Below are positions 10,465-24,017 of a DNA stretch of 64,000 nucleotides, piece by piece. The position numbers were made by a program, and so were the translations under genes. Numbering within the stretch: position 1 is the stretch's first letter; each line of letters opens with the position of its first letter. The notes under the pieces were generated by a model. The model was given only the letters and a program-made list of their open reading frames with translations, made no database searches and was not told the origin of the DNA. The DNA comes from Pempheris klunzingeri (Eukaryota), in NCBI RefSeq assembly GCF_042242105.1, contig NC_092012.1, positions 26,102,001 through 26,166,000 on the forward strand, written 5' to 3'.

Positions 10465-10827
10465 CTAGAAAATTTCCCGCAGAAATTTTAGGCGGGGGCC
10501 GCCGTGGTGCGTGCGACGTCTGAGTGTGAGTGAGTGAGTGAGTGAGTGTGTGTGAGTGAGTGAGTGAGTGAGTGTGTGTGTGTGTGAGTGAGTGAGTGAG
10601 TGTGAGTGAGTGAGTGAGTGTGAGTGTGTGTGAGTGAGTGAGTGAGTGAGTGTGAGAGTGAGTGTGAGTGAGTGTGAGAGTGAGTGTGAGTGTGTGTGAG
10701 TGAGTGAGTGAGTGTGAGTGAGTGAGTGAGTGTGTGTGAGTGAGTGTGAGTGAGTGAGTGAGTGAGTGAGTGTGTGTGAGTGTGTGAGAGAGTGAGTGTG
10801 TGTGAGTGAGTGAGTGTGAGTGAGTGA

Positions 10828-10859
<32 letters not shown>

Positions 10860-11309
10860 GAGTGAGTGTGAGTGTGTGTGAGTGAGTGAGTGTGACTGAT
10901 TCAATTGGTCTTCGACCAGCACAAATTGAAGTTGAAGGATGTACCGATGAACAATCTGGGGAAATTTGTTTTGAAAATTACTGGGCTTTTATCTTGAAAA
11001 GGTCACCATGAATCCAGTTGAAGTTGAAGGATGTACCGATGAACAATCTGGGGAAATTTGTTTTGAAAATTACTGGGCTTTTATTTTGAAAAGGTCACCG
11101 TGAGTCCAGTTGATTCAATTGAAGTTGAGGGATGTACAGATGAACAATCTGATTAAATTTATTTTGAAAAACACAGGGCTTTTATTTTGAAAATCGGACT
11201 CTGGCAGAGTTCCTGTGACTGTTGTGAGTCAACACATGTAGTTGTTTGTATGTATGTATGTCTGTGTGAGTGTGAGAGTGAGTGTGTGTGTGTGTGTGTG
11301 TGAGAGAGA

Positions 11310-11354
<45 letters not shown>

Positions 11355-11362
11355 TGTGTGTG

Positions 11363-11395
<33 letters not shown>

Positions 11396-12120
11396 TTGAG
11401 TGTGTGTGTGTGTGAGTGTGTGAGTGTGTGTGAGAGTGAGTGTGTGTGTGTGTGTGTGTGTGTGAGGGAGTGTGTGTGTGTGAGTGAGTGAGTGTGTGTG
11501 TGTGAGTGACTGAGTGTGTGTGAGTGAGTGAGTGAGTGTGAGTGTGTGAGAGAGTGAGTGTGAGTGAGTGTGTGTGTGAGTGAGTGAGTGAGTGTGAGTG
11601 AGTGAGTGTGTGAGAGAGTGAGTGTGAGTGAGTGTGTGAGTGAGTGAGTGAGTGTGTGTGTGAGGGAGTGTGTGTGAGTGAGTGAGTGAGTGTGTGTGTG
11701 AGTGACTGTGAGTGTGTGTGAGTGAGTGAGTGTGAGTGAGTGAGTGTGTGAGAGAGTGAGTGTGAGTGAGTGTGTGAGTGAGTGAGTGAGTGAGTGTGTG
11801 TGTGAGTGAGTGAGTGTGAGTGTGAGTGTTAGTGTGTGTGAGTGAGTGAGTGTGTGAGTGACTGTGAGTGTGAGTGTGTGTGTGAGTGAGTGAGTGTGAC
11901 TGATTCACATTCTTCGACCAGCACAATTTGAAGTTGAGGGATGTACATATGAACAATCTGATTAAATTTATTTTTAAAAACACAGGGCTTTTATTTTGAA
12001 AATTGGACTCTGGCAGAGTTCCTGTGACTGTTGTGAGTCAACACATGTAGTTGTTTGTATGTATGTATGTCTGTGTGAGTGAGTGAGTGTGTGTGAGTGA
12101 GTGAGTGAGTGAGTGAGTGA

Positions 12121-12163
<43 letters not shown>

Positions 12164-12453
12164 TGTGAGTGTGAGTGTGTGGGTGTGTGTGTGAGTGTGT
12201 GTGTGTGTGTGTGAGTGTGAGTGAGTGAGTGTGACTGATTCACATTCTTCGACCAGCACAATTTGAAGTTGAGGGATGTACATATGAACAATCTGATTAA
12301 ATTTATTTTGAAAAACACAGGGCTTTTATTTTGAAAATCGGACTCTGGCAGAGTTCCTGTGACTGTTGTGAGTCAACACATGTAGTTGTTTGTATGTATG
12401 TATGTCTGTGTGAGTGTGAGAGTGAGTGTGTGTGTGTGTGTGTGTGAGAGAGA

Positions 12454-12498
<45 letters not shown>

Positions 12499-12506
12499 TG
12501 TGTGTG

Positions 12507-12539
<33 letters not shown>

Positions 12540-13264
12540 TTGAGTGTGTGTGTGTGTGAGTGTGTGAGTGTGTGTGAGAGTGAGTGTGTGTGTGTGTGTG
12601 TGTGTGTGAGGGAGTGTGTGTGTGTGAGTGAGTGAGTGTGTGTGTGTGAGTGACTGAGTGTGTGTGAGTGAGTGAGTGAGTGTGAGTGTGTGAGAGAGTG
12701 AGTGTGAGTGAGTGTGTGTGTGAGTGAGTGAGTGAGTGTGAGTGAGTGAGTGTGTGAGAGAGTGAGTGTGAGTGAGTGTGTGAGTGAGTGAGTGAGTGTG
12801 TGTGTGAGGGAGTGTGTGTGAGTGAGTGAGTGAGTGTGTGTGTGAGTGACTGTGAGTGTGTGTGAGTGAGTGAGTGTGAGTGAGTGAGTGTGTGAGAGAG
12901 TGAGTGTGAGTGAGTGTGTGAGTGAGTGAGTGAGTGAGTGTGTGTGTGAGTGAGTGAGTGTGAGTGTGAGTGTTAGTGTGTGTGAGTGAGTGAGTGTGTG
13001 AGTGACTGTGAGTGTGAGTGTGTGTGTGAGTGAGTGAGTGTGACTGATTCACATTCTTCGACCAGCACAATTTGAAGTTGAGGGATGTACATATGAACAA
13101 TCTGATTAAATTTATTTTTAAAAACACAGGGCTTTTATTTTGAAAATTGGACTCTGGCAGAGTTCCTGTGACTGTTGTGAGTCAACACATGTAGTTGTTT
13201 GTATGTATGTATGTCTGTGTGAGTGAGTGAGTGTGTGTGAGTGAGTGAGTGAGTGAGTGAGTGA

Positions 13265-13307
<43 letters not shown>

Positions 13308-13597
13308 TGTGAGTGTGAGTGTGTGGGTGTGTGTGTGAGTGTGTGTGTGTGTGTGTGAGTGTGAGTGAGTGAGTGTGACTGATTTACATTCTTCGACCAG
13401 CACAATTTGAAGTTGAGGGATGTACATATGAACAATCTGATTAAATTTATTTTGAAAAACACAGGGCTTTTATTTTGAAAATTGGACTCTGGCAGAGTTC
13501 CTGTGACTGTTGTGAGTCAACACATGTAGTTGTTTGTATGTATGTATGTGTGAGTGAGTGAGTGTGTGTGTGTGTGAGTGAGTGAGTGAGTGAGTGA

Positions 13598-13638
<41 letters not shown>

Positions 13639-13665
13639 TGTGAGTGTGAGTGTGTGTGTGTGTGT

Positions 13666-13696
<31 letters not shown>

Positions 13697-15056
13697 AGTG
13701 AGTGTGAGTGTGTGTGTGTGTGTGAGTGAGTGTGAGTGAGTGAGTGAGTGAGTGAGTGAGTGAGTGAGTGTGTGTGAGTGAGTGAGGGAGTGAGGGAGTG
13801 TGTGTGTGAGGGAGTGTGTGTGTGTGAGGGAGTGAGGGAGTGTGTGTGTGAGGGAGTGTGTGTGTGTGAGTGAGTGAGTGAGTGTGTGTGAGTGACTGTG
13901 AGTGTGTGTGAGTGAGTGAGTGTGTGTGTGTGTGTGAGTGACTGTGAGTGTGTGTGAGTGAGTGAGTGAGTGTGAGTGAGTGTGTGTGCTGGTCGAATTG
14001 AAGTTGAGGGATGTACAGATGAACAATCTGATGAAATTTATTTTGAAAAACACAGGGCTTTTATTTTGAAAATCGGACTCTGGCAGAGTCCCTGTGACTG
14101 TTGTGAGTCAACACATGTGCGTGCGACGTCTGAGTGTGAGTGAGTGAGTGTGAGTGAGTGTGTGTGCTGGTCGAATTGAAGTTGAGGGATGTACAGATGA
14201 ACAATCTGATGAAATTTATTTTGAAAAACACAGGGCTTTTATTTTGAAAATCGGACTCTGGCAGAGTCCCTGTGACTGTTGTGAGTCAACACATGTGCGT
14301 GCGACGTCTGAGTGTGAGTGAGTGAGTGAGTGAGTGAGTGAGTGAGTGAGTGTGTGTGTGTGTGTGAGTGAGTGAGTGAGTGTGTGTGTGTGTGTGTGTG
14401 TGTGAGTGTGAGTGTGAGTGTGTGTGTGTGTGTGTGTGAGTGAGTGAGTGAGTGAGTGAGTGTGTGTGTGTGTGTGTCAGAGAGAGTGAATGTGAGTGTG
14501 TGAGTGAGTGAGTGAGTGTGTGTGTGTGTGTGTGTGTGAGTGAGTGAGTGAGTGTGAGTGAGTGAGTGTGTGTGTGTGTGTGTGAGTGAGTGTGTGAGTG
14601 AGTCTGTGAGAGAGTGAGTGTGAGTGTGTGTGTGAGTGTGTGAGAGAGTGAGTGTGAGTGTGTGTGAGTGAGTGAGTGAGTGAGTGAGTGAGTGAGTGAG
14701 TGAGTGAGTGAGTGAGAGTGTGTGAGGGAGTGAGGGAGTGTGTGTGTGAGGGAGTGTGTGTGTGTGAGTGAGTGAGTGTGTGTGAGTGAGTGAGTGAGTG
14801 TGTGTGTATGAGTGACTGTGAGTGAGTGAGTGAGTGTGAGTGAGTGTGTGTGCTGGTCTTTGACCAGCACAAATTGAAGTTGAAGGATGTACAGATGAAC
14901 AATCTGAGGAAATTTATTTTGAAAAACACAGGGCTTTTATTTTGAAAATCGAACTCTGGCAGAGTTCCTGTGACTGTTGTGAGTCAACACATGTAGTTGT
15001 TTGTATGTATGTATGTCTGTGTGAGTGAGTGTGTGACTGAGTGTGTGTATGAGTGA

Positions 15057-15121
<65 letters not shown>

Positions 15122-16000
15122 AGTGAGTGTGTGTGTGAGAGAGTGAGTGTGTCTGTGTGTGTGTGTGAGAGAGAGTGAGTGTGTGTGTGAGGGAGTGAGT
15201 GTGTGAGAGAGTGAGTGTGAGTGAGTGAGTCTTCAACCAGCACAAATTGAAGTTGAAGGATGTACAGATGAACAATCTGAGGAAATTTGTTTTGAAAATT
15301 ACAGGGCTTTTATTTTGAAAAGGTCACAGTGAGTCCAGTTGATTCAATTTGTGCTGGTCTTTTAACAGCACAAGTTGAAGTTGAGGGATGTACAGATGAA
15401 CAATCTGATGAAATTAATTTTGAAAAACACAGGGCTTTTATTTTGAAAATCGGACTCCGGCAGAGTTCCTGTGACTGTTGTGTCTGTTTACGGGCACACT
15501 AATGTCCCCGCAATGTCTGTTTACGAGGGCACTAATGTCCCCGCAATGTCTGTTTACGGGCACACTAATGTCCCCGCAATGTCCATTAGCGCACTAATGT
15601 CCCCGCAATGTCTGTTTACGAGCGCACTAATGTCCCCGCAATGTCTGTTTACGGGCACACTAATGTCCCCGCAATGTCTGTTAGCACACTAATGTCCCCG
15701 CAATGTCTGTTAGCACACTAATGTCCCCGCAATGTCTATTTACGGGCGCACTAATGTCCCCGCAATGTCCATTAGCGCACTAATGTCCCCGCAATGTCTG
15801 TTTACGATCGCACTAATGTCCCCGCAATGTCTGTTTACGGGCACACTAATGTCCCCGCAATGTTTGTTAGCACACTAATGTCCCTGCAATGTCTGTTAGC
15901 GCACTAATGTCCCCGCAATGTCTGTTTACGGGCACACTGATGTCCCCGCAATGTTGTTAGCGCACTAATGTCCCGGCAATGTCTGTTTGCATTAATGTGT

Positions 16001-16033
<33 letters not shown>

Positions 16034-16090
16034 AGTGTGAGTGTGTGAGTGTGTGTGAGAGTGAGTGTGTGTGTGTGTGTGTGAGAGAGA

Positions 16091-16133
<43 letters not shown>

Positions 16134-16141
16134 TGTGTGTG

Positions 16142-16181
<40 letters not shown>

Positions 16182-16861
16182 TGTGTGTGTGTGTGTGTGT
16201 GAGTGTGTGAGTGTGTGTGAGAGTGAGTGTGTGTGTGTGTGTGTGTGTGTGAGGGAGTGTGTGTGTGTGAGTGAGTGAGTGTGTGTGTGTGTGACTGAGT
16301 GTGTGTGAGAGAGTGAGTGTGAGTGAGTGTGTGTGTGAGTGAGTGAGTGAGTGAGTGTGTGTGTGAGGGAGTGTGTGTGTGTGTGTGTGAGTGTGTGTGT
16401 GTGTGTGTGTGAGTGTGTGAGTGTGTGTGTGTGAGGGAGTGTGTGTGAGTGAGTGAGTGTGTGTGTGAGTGACTGTGAGTGTGTGTGAGTGAGTGAGTGT
16501 GAGTGAGTGAGTGTGTGAGAGAGTGAGTGTGAGTGAGTGTGTGAGTGAGTGAGTGAGTGAGTGTGTGTGTGAGTGAGTGAGTGTGAGTGTGAGTGTGTGT
16601 GTGAGTGTGTGAGTGACTGTGAGTGTGAGTGTGTGTGTGAGTGAGTGAGTGTGACTGATTCACATTCTTCGACCAGCACAATTTGAAGTTGAGGGATGTA
16701 CATATGAACAATCTGATTAAATTTATTTTGAAAAACACAGGGCTTTTATTTTGAAAATTGGACTCTGGCAGAGTTCCTGTGACTTTTGTGAGTCAACACA
16801 TGTAGTTGTTTGTATGTATGTATGTCTGTGTGAGTGAGTGAGTGTGTGTGTGTGTGTGTGA

Positions 16862-16906
<45 letters not shown>

Positions 16907-16925
16907 TGTGAGTGTGTGTGTGTGT

Positions 16926-16956
<31 letters not shown>

Positions 16957-17369
16957 AGTGAGTGTGAGTGTGTGTGTGTGTGAGTGAGTGTGAGTGAGTG
17001 AGTGAGTGAGTGAGTGAGTGAGTGTGTGTGAGTGAGTGAGTGAGTGAGTGAGAGTGTGTGAGGGAGTGAGGGAGTGTGTGTGTGAGGGAGTGTGTGTGTG
17101 TGAGTGAGTGAGTGACTGTGAGTGTGTGTGAGTGAGTGAGTGTGTGTGTGTGAGTGACTGTGAGTGTGTGTGAGTGAGTGAGTGAGTGTGAGTGAGTGTG
17201 TGTGCTGGTCTTCGACCAGCACAAATTGAAGTTGAGGGATGTACAGATGAACAATCTGATGAAATTTATTTTGAAAAACACAGGGCTTTTATTTTGAAAA
17301 TCGGACTCTGGCAGAGTCCCTGTGACTGTTGTGAGTCAACACATGTAGTTGTTTGTATGTATGGGTGGA

Positions 17370-17416
<47 letters not shown>

Positions 17417-17599
17417 TGTGAGTGAGTGTGTGTGTGAGTGAGTGTGAGTGTGAGTGAGTGAGTGAGTGAGTGAGTGAGAGTGTGTGAGGGAGTGAGGTAG
17501 TGTGTGTGTGAGGGAGTGAGTGTGAGTGTGTGTGTGTGAGTGAGTGAGTGAGTGTGTGTGTGTGTGTGTGTGAGAGTGAGTGTGTGTGTGAGAGAGTGA

Positions 17600-17633
<34 letters not shown>

Positions 17634-17669
17634 ATGTGTGTGTTTGTGAGTGTGTGTGTGTGTGTGTGA

Positions 17670-17710
<41 letters not shown>

Positions 17711-18878
17711 TGAGTGTGTGAGTGTGTGTGAGAGTGAGTGTGTGTGTGTGTGTTAGAGTGAGTGTGTGTGTGTGTGTGTGAGTGTCTGTGTGTGTGTGTC
17801 TGTGTGTGTGTGTGTGTGAGACAGTTCAATTTGTTCAGTTCAAATCTCTGCTGGTCAAATTTCATCTATCACCTGATTCCCACCAACTGAGCATGCTCAG
17901 TGTCTCTGTGGGGCTCAGAGGTCACTCATCACCTGATGGTTGCTATGGTGATGTTGCCTAATGAGCCACTCTGGGGAGACACAGCTCTTTTCATGGAGAT
18001 TTGAGCTGTGATATGCCTCTGAAAATGAGGGTTTTACTTGAGTGTCAGAGCTTTGGCGTGTGAACCATTTGACAGAGGAGGGTCTGCTGAACACGTACGT
18101 GTAGTTTTGAGGTCTCTAACTTGTGAAATGAGAGAGCTGGAGCAGGTTAGAAAAGTGGTTGCGTCTCCCTCCCTCCTCAGATTTGAGCTGCCAGTTAACA
18201 TGGCACTTAATGCGGCAGTTCCTGTCAGTTTCCGTCGCTTGGAGGCTCGTAGCGGGAGCTGCGTGCGTTTCTGTGGGTCCAAAGTCACACCGTTGCGACC
18301 GGCCCGAGCAGTCCTACGTTTTTCTGTATAGATAGTGAGTCTGAGTGACACGCTGTGGGCATGAGAGCGAGTTTTTCACAAAATCTTCAGACGATTTTTC
18401 TGCTCCTCTCCACTCTAGCGATGACATCACCCACTCTAGCCCCGAACATTCCACCACACACACACTAATGTTAAATCTGAAAACGGAGCGAAAAACTTTT
18501 TTTTTTTGAACGGCGACCGTGGTGAAACGGTGAATGCTACGACCGGGGTTGAATGATGTACTGACAGAGGTCGAGATGATGAAGGTTTTACAGGTTGAAT
18601 GGAGTTTCTGGCTGAACGTATGAGGGAGCTGTGAGGGCTTGAAGTTTGATGAAGAAATGCGGCTCTTGAAAATTTTTCCCATTCATTTTCTATGGCAAAT
18701 TTGGCGCACGTTTTGCCGCGTTGCGCCAAAACGTGCTTTTCGATTACTTGGAAAAGTCATAGCAACTCGACCGCCACCGAGCCGCACGTTTTGGTGCGTT
18801 TTTTGTGTGTGTGGTGCGAAAGCTCTGGGAGGAGTAGCGAAATGAAATTTTGCTACGGAAGAAGAATAATAAGTCAAA
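10465..18878 (-). mobile_element. Family A element A2 (expanded interior, 5' tip displaced)
   Basis: CTAG-hairpin at 10465, many modules and a minisatellite; body from 17821 stops at GTCAAA, directly followed by the next CTAG. Confidence 0.72.
15481..15997. repeat. 26/30-bp minisatellite (core CACTAATGTCCCCGCAATGTC)
   Basis: Core followed by either TGTTTACGGG or TGTTAG variants. Confidence 0.95.
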
Positions 18879-19389
18879 CTAGAAAATTTCCCGCAGAAAT
18901 TTTAGGCGGGGGCCGCTGTGGTGCGTGCGACATCCGTATTGCTAAACAGACCTCACTTTGAGTGAGTGAGTGTGTGTGAGTGAGGGAGGGAGTGTGTGTG
19001 TGTGTGTGTGTGTGAGTGTGGGTGAGTGAGTGAGTGTGTGTGAGTGAGTGAGTGTGAGTGTGAGTGTGAGTGTGTGAGTGTGAGCGTGAGTGTGAGTGAG
19101 TGACTGAGTGTGTGTGAGTGAGTGAGTGTGTGTGAGTGAGTGAGTGTGTGTGTGAGTGAGTGAGTGAGTGAGTGTGTGTGTGTGTGTGTGAGTGTGAGTG
19201 TGTGTGTGTGTGAGAGTGTGTGTGTGTGTGTGTGAGTGAGTGAGTGAGTGAGTGTGTGTGTTTGTGTGTGAGAGAGAGTGAATGTGAGTGTGTGTGAGTG
19301 AGTGAGTGTGTGTGTGTGTGTGTGTGAGTGAGTGAGTGAGTGAGTGTGAGTGAGTGAGTGAGTGTGTGTGTGTGTGTGTGAGTGAGTGA

Positions 19390-19428
<39 letters not shown>

Positions 19429-20641
19429 TGAGTGAGTGAGTGAGTGTGTGCGTGTGTGTGAGTGAGTGAGTGAGTGTGTGAGAGAGTGAGTGTGAGTGTG
19501 TGAGTGAGTGTGTGAGAGAGTGAGTGTGAGTGTGTGTGTGTGTGTGTGAGTGAGTGAGTGAGTGAGTGTGTGCGTGTGTGTGAGTGAGTGAGTGAGTGTG
19601 TGAGAGAGTGAGTGTGAGTGTGTGAGTGAGTGTGTGAGAGAGTGAGTGTGAGTGTGTGTGTGTGTGAGTGAGTGAGTGAGTGAGTGAGTGAGTGAGTGAG
19701 AGTGTGTGAGGGAGTGAGGGAGTGTGTGTGTGAGGGAGTGTGTGTGTGTGAGTGAGTGAGTGTGTGTGTATGAGTGACTGTGAGTGAGTGAGTGAGTGTG
19801 AGTGAGTGTTTTGAAGTTGAAGGATGTACAGATGAACAATCTGAGGAAATTTATTTTGAAGTGTGAGTGAGTGAGTGAGTGTGAGTGAGTGTGTGTGTGA
19901 GAGAGAGTGAGTGTGTGTGTGTGTGTGAGAGAGTGAATGTGTGTGAGAGAGTGAGTATGAGTGTGTGTGAGTGAGTGTGTGTGTGAGAGAGTGAGTGTGA
20001 GTGTGTGTGAGTGAGTGAGTGTGTGTGTGTGTGTGTGTGAGAGTGAGTGTGTGTGTGTGTGTGAGTGTGTGTGTGTGAGTGAGTGTGTGTGTGTGTGTGT
20101 GAGTGAGTGAGTGAGTGAGTGTGTGAGTGTGTGTGTGAGTGAGTGAGTGAGTGTGAGTGAGTGAGTGAGTGAGTGAGTGAGTGAGTGTGTGTGAGTGAGT
20201 GAGTGAGTGAGTGAGTGAGTGAGTGAGAGTGTGTGAGGGAGTGAGGGAGTGTGTGTGTGAGTGAGTGTGAGTTAGTGAGTGAGTGAGTGAGTGTGTGTGA
20301 GTGAGTGAGTGAGTGAGTGAGAGTGTGTGAGGGAGTGAGGGAGTGTGTGTGTGAGGGAGTGTGTGTGTGTGAGTGAGTGAGTGACTGTGAGTGTGTGTAA
20401 GTGAGTGAGTGAGTGTGAGTGAGTGTGTGTGCTGGTCTTCGACCAGCACAAATTGAAGTTGAGGGATATACAGATGAACAATCTGATGAAATTTATTTTG
20501 AAAACCACAGGGCTTTTATTTAGAAAATCGGACTCTGGCAGAGTCCCTGTGACTGTTGTGAGTTAACACATGTAGTTGTTTGTATGTATGTATGTCTGTG
20601 TGAGTGAGTGTGTGAGTGAGTGTGTGTGTGTGTGTGAGTGA

Positions 20642-20677
<36 letters not shown>

Positions 20678-22103
20678 GAGTGTGAGTGTGTGTGTGTGTG
20701 TGTGAGTGAGTGTGAGTGAGTGAGTGAGTGAGTGAGTGTGAGTGAGTGAGTGAGTGAGTGAGTGAGTGAGTGAGTGAGTGAGAGTGTGTGAGGGAGTGAG
20801 GGAGTGTGTGTGTGAGGGAGTGAGTGTGAGTGTGTGTGTGTGAGTGTGTGAGTGTGTGTGAGAGTGAGTCTGTGTGTGTGTGTTAGAGTGAGTGTGTGTG
20901 TGTGTGAGTGTCTGTGTGTGTGTGTGTGTGTGTGTGAGACAGTTCAATTTGTTCAGTTCAAATCTCTGCTGGTCAAATTTCATCTATCACCTGATTCCCA
21001 CCAACTGAGCATGCTCAGTGTCTCTGTGGGGCTCAGAGGTCACTCATCACCTGATGGTTGCTATGGTGATGTTGCCTAATGAGCCACTCTGGGGAGACAC
21101 AGCTCTTTTCATGGAGATTTGAGCTGTGATATGCCTCTGAAAATGAGGGTTTTACTTGAGTGTCAGAGCTTTGGCGTGTGAACCATTTGACAGAGGAGGG
21201 TCTGCTAAACACGTACGTGTAGTTTTGAGGTCTCTAACTTGTGAAATGAGAGAGCTGGAGCAGGTTACAAAAGTGGTTGCGTCTGCCTCCCTCCTCAGAT
21301 TTGAGCTGCCAGTTAACATGGCACTTAATGCGGCAGTTAGTGTGACTTTCCGTCACTTGGAGGCTCATGGAGGCGGCTGCGTGCGTTTCTGTGTGTCTGA
21401 AGTCACATCGTTGCGACCGGCCCGAGCAGTCCTACGTTTTTCTGTATAGATAGTGAGTCTGCGTGACACGCTGTGGGCATGAGAGCGAGTTTTTCACAAA
21501 ATCTTCAGACGATTTTTCTGCTCCTCTCCACTCTAGCGATGACATCACCCACTCTAGCCCCGAACATTCCACCACACACACACTAATGTTAAATCTGAAA
21601 ACGGAGTGAAAAACTTTTTTTTTTTGAGATACGACCGTGGAGAAACGGTGAATGGCACGACCGGGGTTGAATGATGTACTGAATGAGGTCGAGATGATGA
21701 ACGTTTTACAGGTTAAATGGAGTTTCTGGCTGAACGTACGAGGGAGCTGTGAGGGCTTGAAGTTTGATGAAGAAATGCGGCTCTTGAAAATTTTTCCCAT
21801 TCATTTTCTATGGCAAATTTGGCGCACGTTTTGCCGCGTTGCGCCAAAACGTGCTTTTCGATTGCTTGGAAAAGTCATAGCAACTCAACCGCCACCGAGC
21901 CGCACGTTTTGGTGCGTTTTTTGTGTGTGTGGTGCGAAAGCTCTGGGAGGAGTAGCGAAATGAAATTCTACGGAAGAAGAATAAGTAGTCAAATAAGTAT
22001 GGAGAATAATAATAGTGGGCCTTGCTTCGCAAGGCCCACTATTGTGCCCTATGCTTTGCATAGCTGGCACAATAGTGGGCCTTGCTTGCAAGCGGCCCCC
22101 TAA
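18879..22103 (-). mobile_element. Family A element A3 (complete, A1 subtype)
   Basis: Both termini present; shares CATCCGTATTGCTAAACAGACCTCACTTT and microsatellite layout with A1 and A5. Confidence 0.78.
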
Positions 22104-22248
22104 CTAGAAAATTTCCCGCAGAAATTTTAGGCGGGGGCCGCCGTGGTGCGTGCGACGTCTGAGTGCGAGTGAGTGAGTGAGTGAGTGTGTGTGAGTGTGT
22201 GAGTGAGTGTGTGTGTGTGTGTGTGTGTGTGAGTGTGAGTGTGTGTGT

Positions 22249-22282
<34 letters not shown>

Positions 22283-22366
22283 GTGAGTGAGTGAGTGAGT
22301 GTGTGTGTGTGTGTGTGAGAGAGAGTGAATGTGAGTGTGTGTCTGTGTGAGTGAGTGAGTGAGTGA

Positions 22367-22413
<47 letters not shown>

Positions 22414-23972
22414 TGTGTGAGTGTGTGTGTGTGAGTGAGTGAGTGAGTGAGTGAGTGAGTGTGTGTGTGTGTGTGAGTGTGAGTGTGAGTGTGTGTGTGT
22501 GAGTGTGTGTGTGTGTGTGTGTGAGTGAGTGAGTGAGTGAGTGTGTGTGTGTGTGTGTGAGAGAGAGTGAATGTGAGTGTGTGTCTGTGTGAGTGAGTGA
22601 GTGAGTGAGTGAGTGAGTGTGTGTGAGTGAGTGAGTGAGTGAGTGAGTGAGTGAGTGAGTGTGTGTGTGTGTGTGAGTGAGTGTGTGTGTGTGTGTGTGT
22701 GTGAGTGTGAGTGTGAGTGTGTGTGTGTGTGTGAGTGTGTGTGTGTGTGTGTGTGAGTGAGTGAGTGAGTGAGTGTGTGTGTGTGTGTGTGAGAGAGAGT
22801 GAATGTGAGTGTGTGTCTGTGTGAGTGAGTGAGTGAGTGAGTGAGTGTGTGTGTGTGTGTGAGAGAGAGAGAGTGTGAGTGTGAGTGTGTGTATGTGTGT
22901 GTGTGTGTGAGTGAGTGAGTGAGTGTGAGTGTCTTCGACCAGCACAAATTGAAGTTGAAGGATGTACCGATGAACAATCTGAGGAAATTTGTTTTGAAAA
23001 TTACTGGGCTTTTATTTTGATAAGGTCACCGTGAGTCCAGTTGAAGTTGAGTGATGTACAGATGAACAATCTGATGAAATTTATTTTGAAAAACACAGGG
23101 CTTTTATTTTGAAAATCGGACTCCGGCAGAGTTCCTGTGACTGTTGTGTCTGTTTACGGGCGCACTAATGTCCCCGCAATGTCTGTTAGCGCACTAATGT
23201 CCCCGCAATGTCTTTTTACGAGCACACTAATGTCCTCGCAATGTCTGTTTACGGGTACACTAATGTCCCCGCAATGTCTGTTAGCAAACTAATGTCCCCG
23301 CAATGTCTGTTTACGGGCGCACTGATGTCCCCGCAATGTCCGTTTACGGGCGCACTAATGTCCCCGCAATGTCTGTTTACGGGCGCACTAATGTCCCCGC
23401 AATGTCGGTTAGCGCACTAATGTCCCCGCAATGTTGTTAGCACACTAATGTCCCCGCAATGTCTGTTTGCATTAATGTGTGTGTGTGTGTGAGAGTGAGT
23501 GTGTGTATGAGTGAGTGAGTGAGTGTGTGTGTGAGAGTGAGTGTGTGTGTGTGAGTGAGTGAGTATGTGTGTGTGTGTGTGAGTGTGTGTGTCTTTGACC
23601 AGCACAAATTGAAGTTGAAGGATGCACAGATGAACAATCTGATAAAATGTGTTTTGAAAAACACAGAGCTTTTATTTTGAAAAGGTCACCGTGAGTCTGG
23701 CTGATTCAATTTGTGCTGGTCGAATTGAAGTTGAAGGATGTACAGACGAACAATCTGAGGAAATTTGTTTTGAAAATTACAGGGCTTTTATTTTGAAAAG
23801 GTCACAGTGAGTCCAGTTGATTGATGAAGTTGAGGGATGTACAGATGAACAATCTGATGAAATTTATTTTGAAAAACACAGGGCTTTTATTTTGAAAATC
23901 GGACTCTGGCAGAGTTCCTGTGACTGTTGTGAGTCAACACATGTAGTTGTTTGTATGTATGTATGTATGTCT

Positions 23973-24017
<45 letters not shown>

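Noticed and set aside
15481..15997. CRISPR-like repeat-spacer appearance of the minisatellite and of the module/microsatellite alternation
   Set aside because: Intervening sequences are short related variants or simple repeats rather than unique spacers; no cas genes; eukaryotic context.
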